35,772 bases of DNA, from IMG/VR virus record IMGVR_UViG_2565956714_000004, one strand, 5' to 3'. This DNA comes from a virus. Taxonomy: Duplodnaviria; Heunggongvirae; Uroviricota; Caudoviricetes. Positions 19,172 to 27,959 of the stretch are shown piece by piece. The position numbers and the translations under genes were made by a program. The notes beneath the pieces were generated by a model that ran no database searches, was not told the DNA's origin, and worked only from the letters and a program-made list of their open reading frames with translations. Position 1 is the stretch's first letter; each line of letters begins with the position of its first letter.

Positions 19172-19610
19172 ACTGCAGAAGGTGGACGACTGGCTGAGTG
19201 CTTTGCTGGCGAATCTGGAACCAGCCGCAAGAAGCCGCATGATGCGCCAGCTGGCGCAGGAACTGCGCCGGACACAACAGCAGAATATCAGGATGCAGCG
19301 CAACCCTGACGGCAGCAGCTATGAACCTCGACGGGTAACAGCACGCAGTAAAAAGGGGCGCATCAAACGTCAGATGTTTGCAAAGCTGCGTACCACAAAA
19401 TACCTGAGAACTGCCGCCAGCTCTGATTCTGCCAGCGTACAGTTTGAAGGTAAGGTGCAGCGTATTGCCCGTGTTCATCACTACGGCCTGCGCGATCGCG
19501 TCAGTCGCAAAGGACCGGAGGTCCGCTATGCAGAGCGCCGCCTGCTGGGTGTAAATGATGATGTTGAGGCAATGACCCGCGACATGATTCTGCAATGGCT
19601 GGCGGGATGA
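19164..19610 (+). CDS. S: tail completion protein S (gpS)
   Basis: 148 aa, overlaps R by 8 nt; last gene of the O operon as in P2. Confidence 0.75.
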   Translation: MAELQKVDDWLSALLANLEPAARSRMMRQLAQELRRTQQQNIRMQRNPDGSSYEPRRVTARSKKGRIKRQMFAKLRTTKYLRTAASSDSASVQFEGKVQRIARVHHYGLRDRVSRKGPEVRYAERRLLGVNDDVEAMTRDMILQWLAG

Positions 19611-19614
19611 TCTT

Positions 19615-19632
19615 TGTATCAGCACTGATACA
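19615..19632. promoter_or_regulatory. Ogr-type late activator box (TGT-N12-ACA) upstream of V
   Basis: TGTatcagcactgatACA, nearly palindromic, in the S/V intergenic region. Confidence 0.5.
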
Positions 19633-19678
19633 AGTTGCAGCACTGCCGCCTTTCTTCCCCTGATGGCAACCTTTCCCT

Positions 19679-20257
19679 ATGAACGCACAATTAACCGAAA
19701 TCATGCGCCTTATCACCAACCTGATCCGCACAGGTGTAGTCACCGAAGTGGACAGGGCAAACTGGCTGTGTCGGGTGAAAACTGGCGACCTCGAAACCAA
19801 CTGGATCAGCTGGCTGACGCTGCGTGCCGGGAATGCCCGCACATGGTGGCGACCATCGGAAGGTGAGCAGGTGGTGCTGCTGAGTCTGGGCGGCAATCTG
19901 GAAACCGCCTTTGCGCTGCCCGCTGTCTATTCGAATCAGTTCGCACCACCGTCGACGTCGGCGGACGCCTGCGTGACAGAACATCCTGACGGTGGCTGGT
20001 TTGAATACGAACCCGCCACCGGGCGCTGGTATGTCAGGGGCATCAAATCAATGGTCATTGAGGCCGCTGACAATATCACCCTGAAAACCAGTGAGTTTGT
20101 GCTGGAGGCTGACCGCACACGTATTAACAGCGAAGTGATGATCAATGGTGGCGTTACCCAGGGCGGCGGTGCAATGAGTTCTAACGGAATTGTGGTTGAT
20201 GCGCATCAGCATACTGGCGTCCTGAAAGGCGGCGATACAACCGGAGGCCCGGTATGA
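19679..20257 (+). CDS. V: baseplate spike/assembly protein V (gpV)
   Basis: 192 aa; aligns with P2 gpV (RTWW.PS.GEQV...SSNG...H.HTG) as recalled. Confidence 0.8.
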   Translation: MNAQLTEIMRLITNLIRTGVVTEVDRANWLCRVKTGDLETNWISWLTLRAGNARTWWRPSEGEQVVLLSLGGNLETAFALPAVYSNQFAPPSTSADACVTEHPDGGWFEYEPATGRWYVRGIKSMVIEAADNITLKTSEFVLEADRTRINSEVMINGGVTQGGGAMSSNGIVVDAHQHTGVLKGGDTTGGPV

Positions 20258-20613
20258 CGCTTTATAGCGGGATGAACAATACCAGCGGCAAAGCCATTAC
20301 TGATATTGACCATCTGCGCCAGTCGGTGCGGGACATTCTGCTGACGCCGCAGGGTAGCCGCATTGCCCGTCGGGAATATGGTTCCCTACTGTCGGCACTG
20401 ATAGATCAGCCACAAAATCCGGCATTACGCCTGCAGGTCATGTCGGCAGTGTATGTGGCGCTGAGTCGCTGGGAGCCACGGCTGACGCTGGATTCCATCA
20501 CCATCAACAGCAACTTTGACGGTTCTATGGTGGTGGAGCTGACCGGGCGGCGGAATAACGGTGTGCCTGTGTCCCTTTCCGTATCAACAGGAGCAGAGAA
20601 TGGCAGTGATTGA
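20254..20613 (+). CDS. W: baseplate wedge protein W (GPW/gp25 family)
   Basis: 119 aa, translationally coupled to V. Confidence 0.8.
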   Translation: MTLYSGMNNTSGKAITDIDHLRQSVRDILLTPQGSRIARREYGSLLSALIDQPQNPALRLQVMSAVYVALSRWEPRLTLDSITINSNFDGSMVVELTGRRNNGVPVSLSVSTGAENGSD

Positions 20614-21508
20614 CCTTTCGCAGTTGCCTGCACCGCAGATTGTGGATGTGCCGGACTTTGAGACGCTGCTTGCCGAACGCAAGGCCGAATTTGTTGCGCT
20701 TCATCCGAAAGATGAGCAGGAAGCAGTGATCCGCACGCTGGAACTGGAATCTGAACCCGTCACCAAATTGCTGCAGGAGAACGCTTACCGTGAGTTGCTT
20801 CTGCGCCAGCGCATTAACGAAGCCGCGCAGGCGGTAATGGTGGCTTACGCGATGGGCAGCGATCTTGACCAGCTCGCTGCCAACTACAACGTGAAACGCC
20901 TGACGGTGACGCCTGCTGATAATGACGCTGTGCCGCCCGTTGCAGCAGTGATGGAAAGCGATGAAGCGTTACGCCTGCGTGTGCCTGCAGCCTTTGAGGG
21001 GCTTTCAGTTGCGGGACCAACTGCCGCTTATGAATTTCATGCCCGAAGCGCCGACGGTCGGGTGGCGGATGCCAGTGCAACCAGTCCGGCACCTGCAGAG
21101 GTGGTGCTGACAGTCCTTAGCCGCGAAGGCGACGGAACAGCAGAAAAAGACCTGCTGGATGTGGTGGAGAAAGCACTGAACAGTGAGAATGTCCGCCCGG
21201 TGGCTGACCGTCTGACGGTTCGCAGCGCGGAAATCATCCCGTACCGCGTGGAAGCCACCATTTTTCTCTATCCGGGACCGGAAGCAGAGCCGGTAATGGC
21301 AGCGGCAAAAGCCAGCCTGCAGAGGTACATTGCCAGTCAGACGCGGCTTGGTCGGGATATTCGCCGTAGCGCCATTTTTGCCGCGCTGCATGTTGAGGGT
21401 GTTCAGCGTGTGGAACTGGCTTCCCCGCAGGCGGACGTGGTCCTGAACAAAACGCAGGCGGCATCATGTACGCAGTGGAGCGTGACCAACGGGGGAACGG
21501 ATGAATAG
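20600..21508 (+). CDS. J: baseplate protein J (gpJ)
   Basis: 302 aa from ATG 20600 (AGGAGCAGAGA upstream), P2 gpJ size. Confidence 0.8.
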   Translation: MAVIDLSQLPAPQIVDVPDFETLLAERKAEFVALHPKDEQEAVIRTLELESEPVTKLLQENAYRELLLRQRINEAAQAVMVAYAMGSDLDQLAANYNVKRLTVTPADNDAVPPVAAVMESDEALRLRVPAAFEGLSVAGPTAAYEFHARSADGRVADASATSPAPAEVVLTVLSREGDGTAEKDLLDVVEKALNSENVRPVADRLTVRSAEIIPYRVEATIFLYPGPEAEPVMAAAKASLQRYIASQTRLGRDIRRSAIFAALHVEGVQRVELASPQADVVLNKTQAASCTQWSVTNGGTDE

Positions 21509-22106
21509 TCTGCTGCCACCGGGTTCAACGCCACTGGAGCGCCGACTGGCGCAAACCTCTAGCGGGATTTCTGATCTGCAGGTGTCACTGCGTGACTTGT
21601 GGAATCCGGCAACCTGTCCGGTCAGTTTCCTGCCTTATCTCGCCTGGGCGTTCTCTGTGGATCGCTGGGACGAGGGCTGGACAGAAAGCGTCAAACGCCA
21701 GGTAGTGAAGGATGCTTTTTATATTCATCAGCACAAAGGAACCACCAGTGCCGTACGGCGGGTGGTGGAGCCGTTCGGCTTCCTGATCCGCATTATTGAG
21801 TGGTGGCAGACCGGAGAAACACCGGGCACGTTTCGTCTGGACATTGGTGTGCAGGACCAGGGCATCACTGAAGATACCTATCTGGAACTTGAGCGATTGA
21901 TAAGCGATGCCAAACCATGTAGCCGTCACATGATCGGCATGTCCATCAATCTGCAGACCAGCGGTCCGCATTGGGTGGGAGCCGCCAGTTATCTTGGCGA
22001 AGAAATCACGATCTATCCGTATATCAACGAAACAATTATTTCCGGCGGCACCGCGCATGAAGGCGGGGCGGTCCATGTTATTGACACAATGAGAGTGAAT
22101 CCATGA
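21501..22106 (+). CDS. I: baseplate/tail protein I (gpI)
   Basis: 201 aa, overlaps J and H as in P2. Confidence 0.75.
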   Translation: MNSLLPPGSTPLERRLAQTSSGISDLQVSLRDLWNPATCPVSFLPYLAWAFSVDRWDEGWTESVKRQVVKDAFYIHQHKGTTSAVRRVVEPFGFLIRIIEWWQTGETPGTFRLDIGVQDQGITEDTYLELERLISDAKPCSRHMIGMSINLQTSGPHWVGAASYLGEEITIYPYINETIISGGTAHEGGAVHVIDTMRVNP

Positions 22107-23632
22107 GCACAAAATTTTATACCCTGCTGACGGATATTGGCGCGGCGAAACTTGCCAGCGCCGCCGCGCTCGGTGTGCCGCTAAAAATTACCCATATGGC
22201 GGTCGGCGATGGCGGCGGAACATTGCCAACGCCGAACGCAAAGCAGACAGCATTAGTAAATGAGAAACGCCGGGCTGCGCTGAATATGCTCTATATCGAC
22301 CCGCAGAACAGCAGCCAGATTATTGCTGAACAGGTGATCCCTGAAAACGAGGGCGGTTGGTGGATACGTGAAGTGGGCCTGTTTGATGAGTCCGGGGCAT
22401 TGATTGCCGTGGGCAACTGCCCGGAAAGCTATAAACCGCAACTGGCTGAAGGCAGCGGGCGTACCCAGACCGTGCGCATGGTGCTGATTACCAGCGGCAC
22501 GGACAATATCACCCTGAGAATCGACCCTGCCGTAGTGCTGGCAACCCGCAAGTATGTGGATGACAAGGCACTGGAGCTGAAGGTGTACGCGGATGATCAG
22601 ATGGCAAAACATCTTGCCGCACCGGACCCGCATTCACAGTATGCACCCAAAGAAAGTCCGACGTTTACCGGGACACCCAAAGCGCCAACGCCAGCCGCAG
22701 GGAATAACACCACGCAGATTGCGACCACCGCGTTTGTTCAGGCGGCTCTGACGGCTCTTATTAATGGTGCGCCAGCCACGCTGGACACGCTGAAAGAAAT
22801 AGCCGCAGCCATTAACAATGATCCGAAATTCAGTACCACCATTAACAATGCGCTGGCACTGAAAGCGCCGCTGTCGAGTCCGGCACTCACCGGAACGCCA
22901 ACCGCACCTACTGCGGCACAGTCGGTCAACAATACACAGATTGCCACTACGGCTTTTGTGAAATCGGCGATTGCGGCAATGGTGGGTTCTGCACCTGCTG
23001 CACTGGATACACTGAACGAACTGGCGGCGGCGCTGGGAAATGACCCGAACTTTGCCACGACAATGGTGAATGCTCTGTCAGGTAAACAACCGCTGGACAA
23101 TACGCTGACTAATTTGAGTGGAAAGGATGTAGCTGGTCTTCTCACATACCTTGGTTTGGGAGAAGGCTCTGCATTACCTGTTGGTGTGCCTGTTCCATGG
23201 CCTTCAGCCACACCGCCAACAGGCTGGCTGAAATGCAACGGTGCGGCTTTTTCTGCTGAAGAATACCCGGAACTGGCAAAGGCTTATCCGACAAATAAAT
23301 TGCCTGATTTACGTGGTGAGTTTATTCGTGGCTGGGATGACGGGCGCGGTATTGATGCAGGACGTGTTTTATTGAGCATTCAGACAGGGATGCTGGAAAA
23401 ACACCGCCATATTGTTGTTGCCAATGATGGTTACGACACAAAAGATGAATGGGAACTGGCTACGATTTTCAAAAAGACATACACACAAGGACGGGGACTT
23501 GATGCCACAAATACAGGAGGGAGTCTGATCCCATCACCGACACTTCATTCACGAGGGAGTATCGGTAATACTGGCGGGAGTGAAACCCGTCCACGAAATA
23601 TTGCATTTAACTATATCGTGAGGGCTGCATAA
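22103..23632 (+). CDS. H: tail fiber protein H (constant N-terminus plus currently expressed variable C-terminus)
   Basis: 509 aa; N-terminus MSTKFYTLLTDIGAAKLA typical of P2 H; contains a hix/gix-like crossover site at 23139..23164. Confidence 0.85.
   Translation: MSTKFYTLLTDIGAAKLASAAALGVPLKITHMAVGDGGGTLPTPNAKQTALVNEKRRAALNMLYIDPQNSSQIIAEQVIPENEGGWWIREVGLFDESGALIAVGNCPESYKPQLAEGSGRTQTVRMVLITSGTDNITLRIDPAVVLATRKYVDDKALELKVYADDQMAKHLAAPDPHSQYAPKESPTFTGTPKAPTPAAGNNTTQIATTAFVQAALTALINGAPATLDTLKEIAAAINNDPKFSTTINNALALKAPLSSPALTGTPTAPTAAQSVNNTQIATTAFVKSAIAAMVGSAPAALDTLNELAAALGNDPNFATTMVNALSGKQPLDNTLTNLSGKDVAGLLTYLGLGEGSALPVGVPVPWPSATPPTGWLKCNGAAFSAEEYPELAKAYPTNKLPDLRGEFIRGWDDGRGIDAGRVLLSIQTGMLEKHRHIVVANDGYDTKDEWELATIFKKTYTQGRGLDATNTGGSLIPSPTLHSRGSIGNTGGSETRPRNIAFNYIVRAA
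23139..23164. repeat. invertase crossover site (hix/gix-like), left: TTCTCACATACC-TT-GGTTTGGGAGAA
   Basis: 26-bp imperfect palindrome with 2-bp core inside H; inverted copy at 24981..25006 shares GGTTTGGGAGAA. Confidence 0.7.
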
Positions 23633-24234
23633 TGGATAACGCCGTATTAAATAGCGAGCTTATTGCCACGAAGGCGGGGAATATTACCGTCTATAACTAT
23701 GATGGTAAAACTCGGGAATATATTTCTACTTCAAATGAATATCTTGCCATTGGTGTCGGTATCCCTGCATATTCCTGTCTGGATGAACCTGGTATACATA
23801 AGGCGGGTTATGCTATCTGCCGTTCGATGGATTTAAACTCATGGGAATATGTGCCAGACCATCGCGGTGAAATCGTCTATAACACCGAAACGGGAGACGC
23901 CAAAGAAATCACAGCTCCGGGTGATTATCCTGAAAATACAACCACTATCGCCCCGTTAACGCCATTCGATAAATGGGATGGTAAGAAATGGGTGACCGAT
24001 ACTGAGGCACAGCATAGCGCCGCAGTAGACGCGGCAGAAGTACAGCGTCAGTCACTGATTAATACTGCAATGGCTTCCATTAGTCTGATTCAACTTAAAT
24101 TGCAGGCCGGGCGGAAGCTGATGCAGGCAGAGACCACCCGACTTAACACTGTGCTGGATTACATTGACGCGGTGACGGCAACAGATACCAGCACAGCGCC
24201 GGATGTCATCTGGCCTGAACTGCCGGAGGCGTAG
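23632..24234 (+). CDS. G: tail fiber assembly protein (gpG/Tfa), currently expressed copy
   Basis: 200 aa; C-terminal LDYIDAV...DTS..PDV.WPELP typical of Tfa chaperones. Confidence 0.8.
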   Translation: MDNAVLNSELIATKAGNITVYNYDGKTREYISTSNEYLAIGVGIPAYSCLDEPGIHKAGYAICRSMDLNSWEYVPDHRGEIVYNTETGDAKEITAPGDYPENTTTIAPLTPFDKWDGKKWVTDTEAQHSAAVDAAEVQRQSLINTAMASISLIQLKLQAGRKLMQAETTRLNTVLDYIDAVTATDTSTAPDVIWPELPEA

Positions 24235-24643
24235 GCCATTCAATATCTGGCACACTGGAGGTATCAACCAGCTCCAGTGCGTCCAGGTAATCCAGCCACA
24301 AATTATATTGCGCCAGTTCCTCGTCTTTCAGACGACCAATAGCGGCTTTACCGGGCCATTGTTTACTGTTCATGTATTCGTTGGCCTGATTAAGCAATAA
24401 TTGCCTTTCTGATTCTGCCTGTTGAATAAGTTCTTCATGTGATGGTGGAGGTATTAGTGCCCATGTGGGTAATCCATTTTCTCCTGCAACACGAATTTTG
24501 CCATCTGGGGGCGTATTTATTGCAAATTCATTATAAACATCATCACTGACAGCCAGAGCATCATCTGGCCATGAATTTGCATTAATGTAATCATCCTTAA
24601 GTGCAGGATTCACAAAAATGTTTAAAGATGGACTATAAAACAT
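24206..24643 (-). CDS. alternative tail fiber assembly protein (Tfa') in invertible segment
   Basis: 145 aa with the same conserved C-terminal motif (WLDYLDAL...DTSSVPDIEWP); convergent with G. Confidence 0.75.
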   Translation of the reverse strand: MFYSPSLNIFVNPALKDDYINANSWPDDALAVSDDVYNEFAINTPPDGKIRVAGENGLPTWALIPPPSHEELIQQAESERQLLLNQANEYMNSKQWPGKAAIGRLKDEELAQYNLWLDYLDALELVDTSSVPDIEWPTPPAVQAR

Positions 24644-24644
24644 A

Positions 24645-24992
24645 TTACACCCCTATAGCGATATAACGACCTAATACAGCGTTTGCAGCAGTCGCTATGC
24701 TTGAAAAACCGCGGAACTGATTTGATGTAATTGCAGAAGCCGACAGGATTCCTGCACCTGAAGGTGTATGCCCCACATGACTAACTATCATTCCATAACA
24801 TGCTGACGGAAAGGCAAAAGGAAAATCATTAAGATATCCGGCATCTTCACCACCAGACCCACCAAATCTCGCCTGCCCCCACTGAATAATCAGTGTTCTC
24901 CGGGAACCTGAAATAATTAACGGAATCGTTACATACCCATTCAGACCAATGACACCCGATGCAGTGCCAGCCAGAGATAATTCTCCCAAACC
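24645..24992 (-). CDS. alternative tail fiber variable C-terminal segment (silent until inversion)
   Basis: Minus-strand frame encodes VGLGELS at the crossover site, paralleling LGLGEGS in H at the other site; no independent start expected. Confidence 0.65.
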   Translation of the reverse strand, partial: GLGELSLAGTASGVIGLNGYVTIPLIISGSRRTLIIQWGQARFGGSGGEDAGYLNDFPFAFPSACYGMIVSHVGHTPSGAGILSASAITSNQFRGFSSIATAANAVLGRYIAIGV

Positions 24993-25006
24993 AACGTTTA
25001 AGAAAA
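24981..25006. repeat. invertase crossover site, right: TTCTCCCAAACC-AA-CGTTTAAGAAAA
   Basis: Inverted copy of the site in H; 2-bp cores are complementary, as required for inversion. Confidence 0.7.
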
Positions 25007-25061
25007 TGCAGAGGTAACAGCTAACTGGCATCATCCCCGGTTTTTAGTCAGGGGGATAATC

Positions 25062-25628
25062 ATGCTTATTGGCTATGTACGCGTGTCAACAAATGACCAG
25101 AACACCGATTTGCAACGTAATGCACTGAACTGCGCGGGATGTGAGCGGATTTTTGAGGATAAAATCAGTGGCACTAAGTCCGACAGACCGGGGCTGAAAA
25201 AACTGCTCAGGACACTATCGGCAGGAGACACGCTGGTTGTCTGGAAGCTAGACAGGTTGGGGCGCAGTATGCGGCATCTTGTTACGCTGATAGAAGAGTT
25301 GCGTCAGCGTGGCGTGAATTTCCGAAGCCTGACTGACAGTATTGATACCAGCACCCCAATGGGCCGTTTCTTTTTTCATGTCATGGGAGCCCTGGCTGAA
25401 ATGGAACGCGAACTGATAGTTGAACGTACCAGGGCAGGGCTGGCTGCAGCTCGTGCCAAAGGCAGAGTAGGTGGACGCCGTCCTAAGTTGACCACTGAAC
25501 AGTGGGCACAGATTGGACGTTTACTCGAGGCCGGAGAATCAAGACAGCGTATTGCACTGATTTTTGATGTAGGCGTTTCTACCATTTATAGAAAATTTCC
25601 GGCAAATAAGAGCAATGAATCCCCCTGA
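25062..25628 (+). CDS. serine DNA invertase (Gin/Hin/Pin/Cin family)
   Basis: MLIGYVRVSTNDQNTDLQ (catalytic Ser motif) and C-terminal HTH GVSTIYRKF; 188 aa. Confidence 0.9.
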   Translation: MLIGYVRVSTNDQNTDLQRNALNCAGCERIFEDKISGTKSDRPGLKKLLRTLSAGDTLVVWKLDRLGRSMRHLVTLIEELRQRGVNFRSLTDSIDTSTPMGRFFFHVMGALAEMERELIVERTRAGLAAARAKGRVGGRRPKLTTEQWAQIGRLLEAGESRQRIALIFDVGVSTIYRKFPANKSNESP

Positions 25629-25676
25629 ATCAGCATAATTTTGATTATCCCTGCAAGCAGACAAATACCGTCATTT

Positions 25677-25694
25677 TGTGTGAATAACGGTACA
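25677..25694. promoter_or_regulatory. Ogr-type late activator box (TGT-N12-ACA) upstream of the sheath gene
   Basis: TGTgtgaataacggtACA about 77 nt upstream of the FI start; similar to the box at 13707. Confidence 0.5.
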
Positions 25695-25770
25695 ACTGCG
25701 CTTAGCTGTTTGTCAGGCACAATCACTTCAACATAGGGCGAAGCCTAATCCAATCAGGAGGTTCGCCACT

Positions 25771-26943
25771 ATGGCTCAGGATTACCACCACGGGGTGCGC
25801 GTTGTTGAAGTCAACGAAGGCACCCGATCCATTACCACGGTGAGCACCGCCATCGTGGGTATGGTCTGCACGGGCGATGATGCCGATGCAAAAATGTTTC
25901 CTCTTAATAAACCCGTGCTGATCACTGATGTGCTGACTGCCAGCGGTAAAGCGGGTGAGTCAGGCACGCTGGCTCGTTCGCTGGATGCCATCGCTGACCA
26001 GGCAAAACCCGTGACCGTTGTTGTGCGTGTGCCGCAGGGTGAAACGGAAGACGAAACCACGACCAATATCATCGGCGCAGTGACTGCTGAAGGTAAAAAA
26101 ACAGGTATGAAAGCCCTGTTATCTGCACAGGCTCAGCTCGGCGTTAAACCGCGCATTCTCGGCGTGCCAGGCCACGACACCAAGGCGGTAGCTACTGAGT
26201 TGCTGAGCGTGGCGCAAAGCCTGCGTGGATTTGCTTACCTGTCAGCGTATGGCTGCAAGACGGTACAGGAGGCGATCACTTACCGTGAAAACTTCAGCCA
26301 GCGCGAAGGGATGCTGATCTGGCCTGACTTTACTGGCTGGGACACGGTGCTGAATGCCGAAGCAACGGCATATGCCACCGCCCGTGCGCTTGGTCTGCGC
26401 GCCAAAATTGACGAGCAGACCGGATGGCACAAAAGCCTGTCCAACGTGGGCGTGAACGGTGTCACCGGAATTTCTGCAGATGTGTTCTGGGATCTGCAGG
26501 ACCCGGCAACCGATGCAGGTCTGCTGAACCAGAACGACGTCACCACACTTGTGCGTAAAGACGGTTTCCGCTTCTGGGGTTCCCGCTGCCTGAGTGATGA
26601 CCCGCTCTTTGCCTTCGAAAACTACACCCGCACGGCGCAGGTGCTGATGGACACGATGGCAGAAGCACACATGTGGGCGGTGGATAAACCGCTTAACCCG
26701 TCGCTGGCCCGCGACATTATCGAAGGTATCCGCGCCAAAATGCGCAGCCTGGTCAGTCAAGGCTATCTCATTGGTGGTGATTGCTGGCTGGATGAGTCGG
26801 TGAACGACAAAGACACGCTGAAAGCCGGAAAACTCACCATCGACTATGACTACACGCCAGTGCCGCCACTTGAAAATCTGATGCTGCGCCAGCGCATCAC
26901 CGATCAGTACCTGGTGAATTTTGCCAGCCAGGTCAGCGCGTAA
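25771..26943 (+). CDS. FI: tail sheath protein (gpFI)
   Basis: 390 aa, N-terminus [13 protein letters not shown] typical of P2-family sheath; AGGAGG RBS. Confidence 0.9.
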   Translation: MAQDYHHGVRVVEVNEGTRSITTVSTAIVGMVCTGDDADAKMFPLNKPVLITDVLTASGKAGESGTLARSLDAIADQAKPVTVVVRVPQGETEDETTTNIIGAVTAEGKKTGMKALLSAQAQLGVKPRILGVPGHDTKAVATELLSVAQSLRGFAYLSAYGCKTVQEAITYRENFSQREGMLIWPDFTGWDTVLNAEATAYATARALGLRAKIDEQTGWHKSLSNVGVNGVTGISADVFWDLQDPATDAGLLNQNDVTTLVRKDGFRFWGSRCLSDDPLFAFENYTRTAQVLMDTMAEAHMWAVDKPLNPSLARDIIEGIRAKMRSLVSQGYLIGGDCWLDESVNDKDTLKAGKLTIDYDYTPVPPLENLMLRQRITDQYLVNFASQVSA

Positions 26944-26952
26944 GGGGACAAC

Positions 26953-27468
26953 ATGGCTTTACCACGCAAATTAAAACACCTGAACCTGTTTAACGACGGG
27001 AACAACTGGCAGGGGATCGTTGAGTCGCTGACGCTGCCGAAATTCACCCGCAAATATGAGAAGTATCGCGGTGGCGGAATGCCGGGGGCGGTGGATGTGG
27101 ATCTGGGACTGGATGACAGTGCACTGGATACAGAATTTTCCATTGGTGGTACTGAACTGCTGCTGTTTAAGCAGATGGGCAAAGCCACGGTGGATGGCAT
27201 CCAGCTGCGCTTTACCGGCTCTATCCAGCGTGACGATACCGGGGAAGTGCAGGCTGTGGAGCTTGTGGTGCGTGGACGTCACAAAGAAGTGGATTCCGGC
27301 GAGTGGAAGACGGGCGAAAGCAACACCACCAAAGTGACCAGTACCAACAGCTACGCGAAGCTGACCATCAATGGTGAGGTGCTCTATGAAGTGGACCTTA
27401 TCAACATGGTGGAAATTGTGGACGGTGTAGACCTGATGGAAGCGCACCGCAACGCCCTCGGCCTCTGA
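26953..27468 (+). CDS. FII: tail tube protein (gpFII)
   Basis: 171 aa, MALPRKLKHLNLFNDGN typical of P2 FII. Confidence 0.9.
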   Translation: MALPRKLKHLNLFNDGNNWQGIVESLTLPKFTRKYEKYRGGGMPGAVDVDLGLDDSALDTEFSIGGTELLLFKQMGKATVDGIQLRFTGSIQRDDTGEVQAVELVVRGRHKEVDSGEWKTGESNTTKVTSTNSYAKLTINGEVLYEVDLINMVEIVDGVDLMEAHRNALGL

Positions 27469-27522
27469 TCTATCTGAACGGCGCGGGATACCGCGCCAGA
27501 ACCCAATTTACAGGACAACAAA

Positions 27523-27825
27523 ATGAGCGATAAGCAGACTGAAAAGACCATTCAACTGGATACCCCTATCAAGCGCGGTAAAACAGAAATTACCGAAATT
27601 GTGCTGCGTAAACCGCAGTCCGGTGCGCTGCGCGGTACACGCCTGCAGGCCATTATGGATATGGATGTGAACGCGATGATGACCGTGATCCCCCGCATCT
27701 CCAGTCCGGTACTGACTGCACAGGAAATTGCAGAGATGGACCCGGCAGATCTCACTGCCATGTCGGTTGAGGTTGTCACTTTTTTGTTGAAGAAGTCGGT
27801 GCTTGCCGGTTTACCGACAGCCTGA
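27523..27825 (+). CDS. E: tail assembly chaperone E (gpE)
   Basis: 100 aa between tube and tape measure; contains slippery heptamer TTTTTTG at 27780..27786. Confidence 0.8.
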   Translation: MSDKQTEKTIQLDTPIKRGKTEITEIVLRKPQSGALRGTRLQAIMDMDVNAMMTVIPRISSPVLTAQEIAEMDPADLTAMSVEVVTFLLKKSVLAGLPTA

Positions 27826-27959
27826 CGGTTGACGATCTGGTGGCAGATATCGCCACCATTTTTCACTGGCCGCCATCCGTTACTGACGTTATGCCGCTGA
27901 CCGAAGTGCTGGAATGGCGGTATAAAGCGATTCAGAGAAGCGGGGCCAACGATGAGTAA
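27523..27959 (+). CDS. E+E': tail assembly chaperone E+E' (-1 programmed frameshift product)
   Basis: Slippery TTTTTTG at 27780..27786; the -1 frame stays open to TAA at 27957..27959, overlapping the tape-measure start, as in P2. Confidence 0.6.

Noticed and set aside
25032-25034. ATG taken as the start of an independent 129-aa minus-strand gene
   Set aside because: The reading frame is the alternative tail fiber C-terminus, expressed only as a fusion after inversion; the crossover site lies inside the ORF at 24981..25006.
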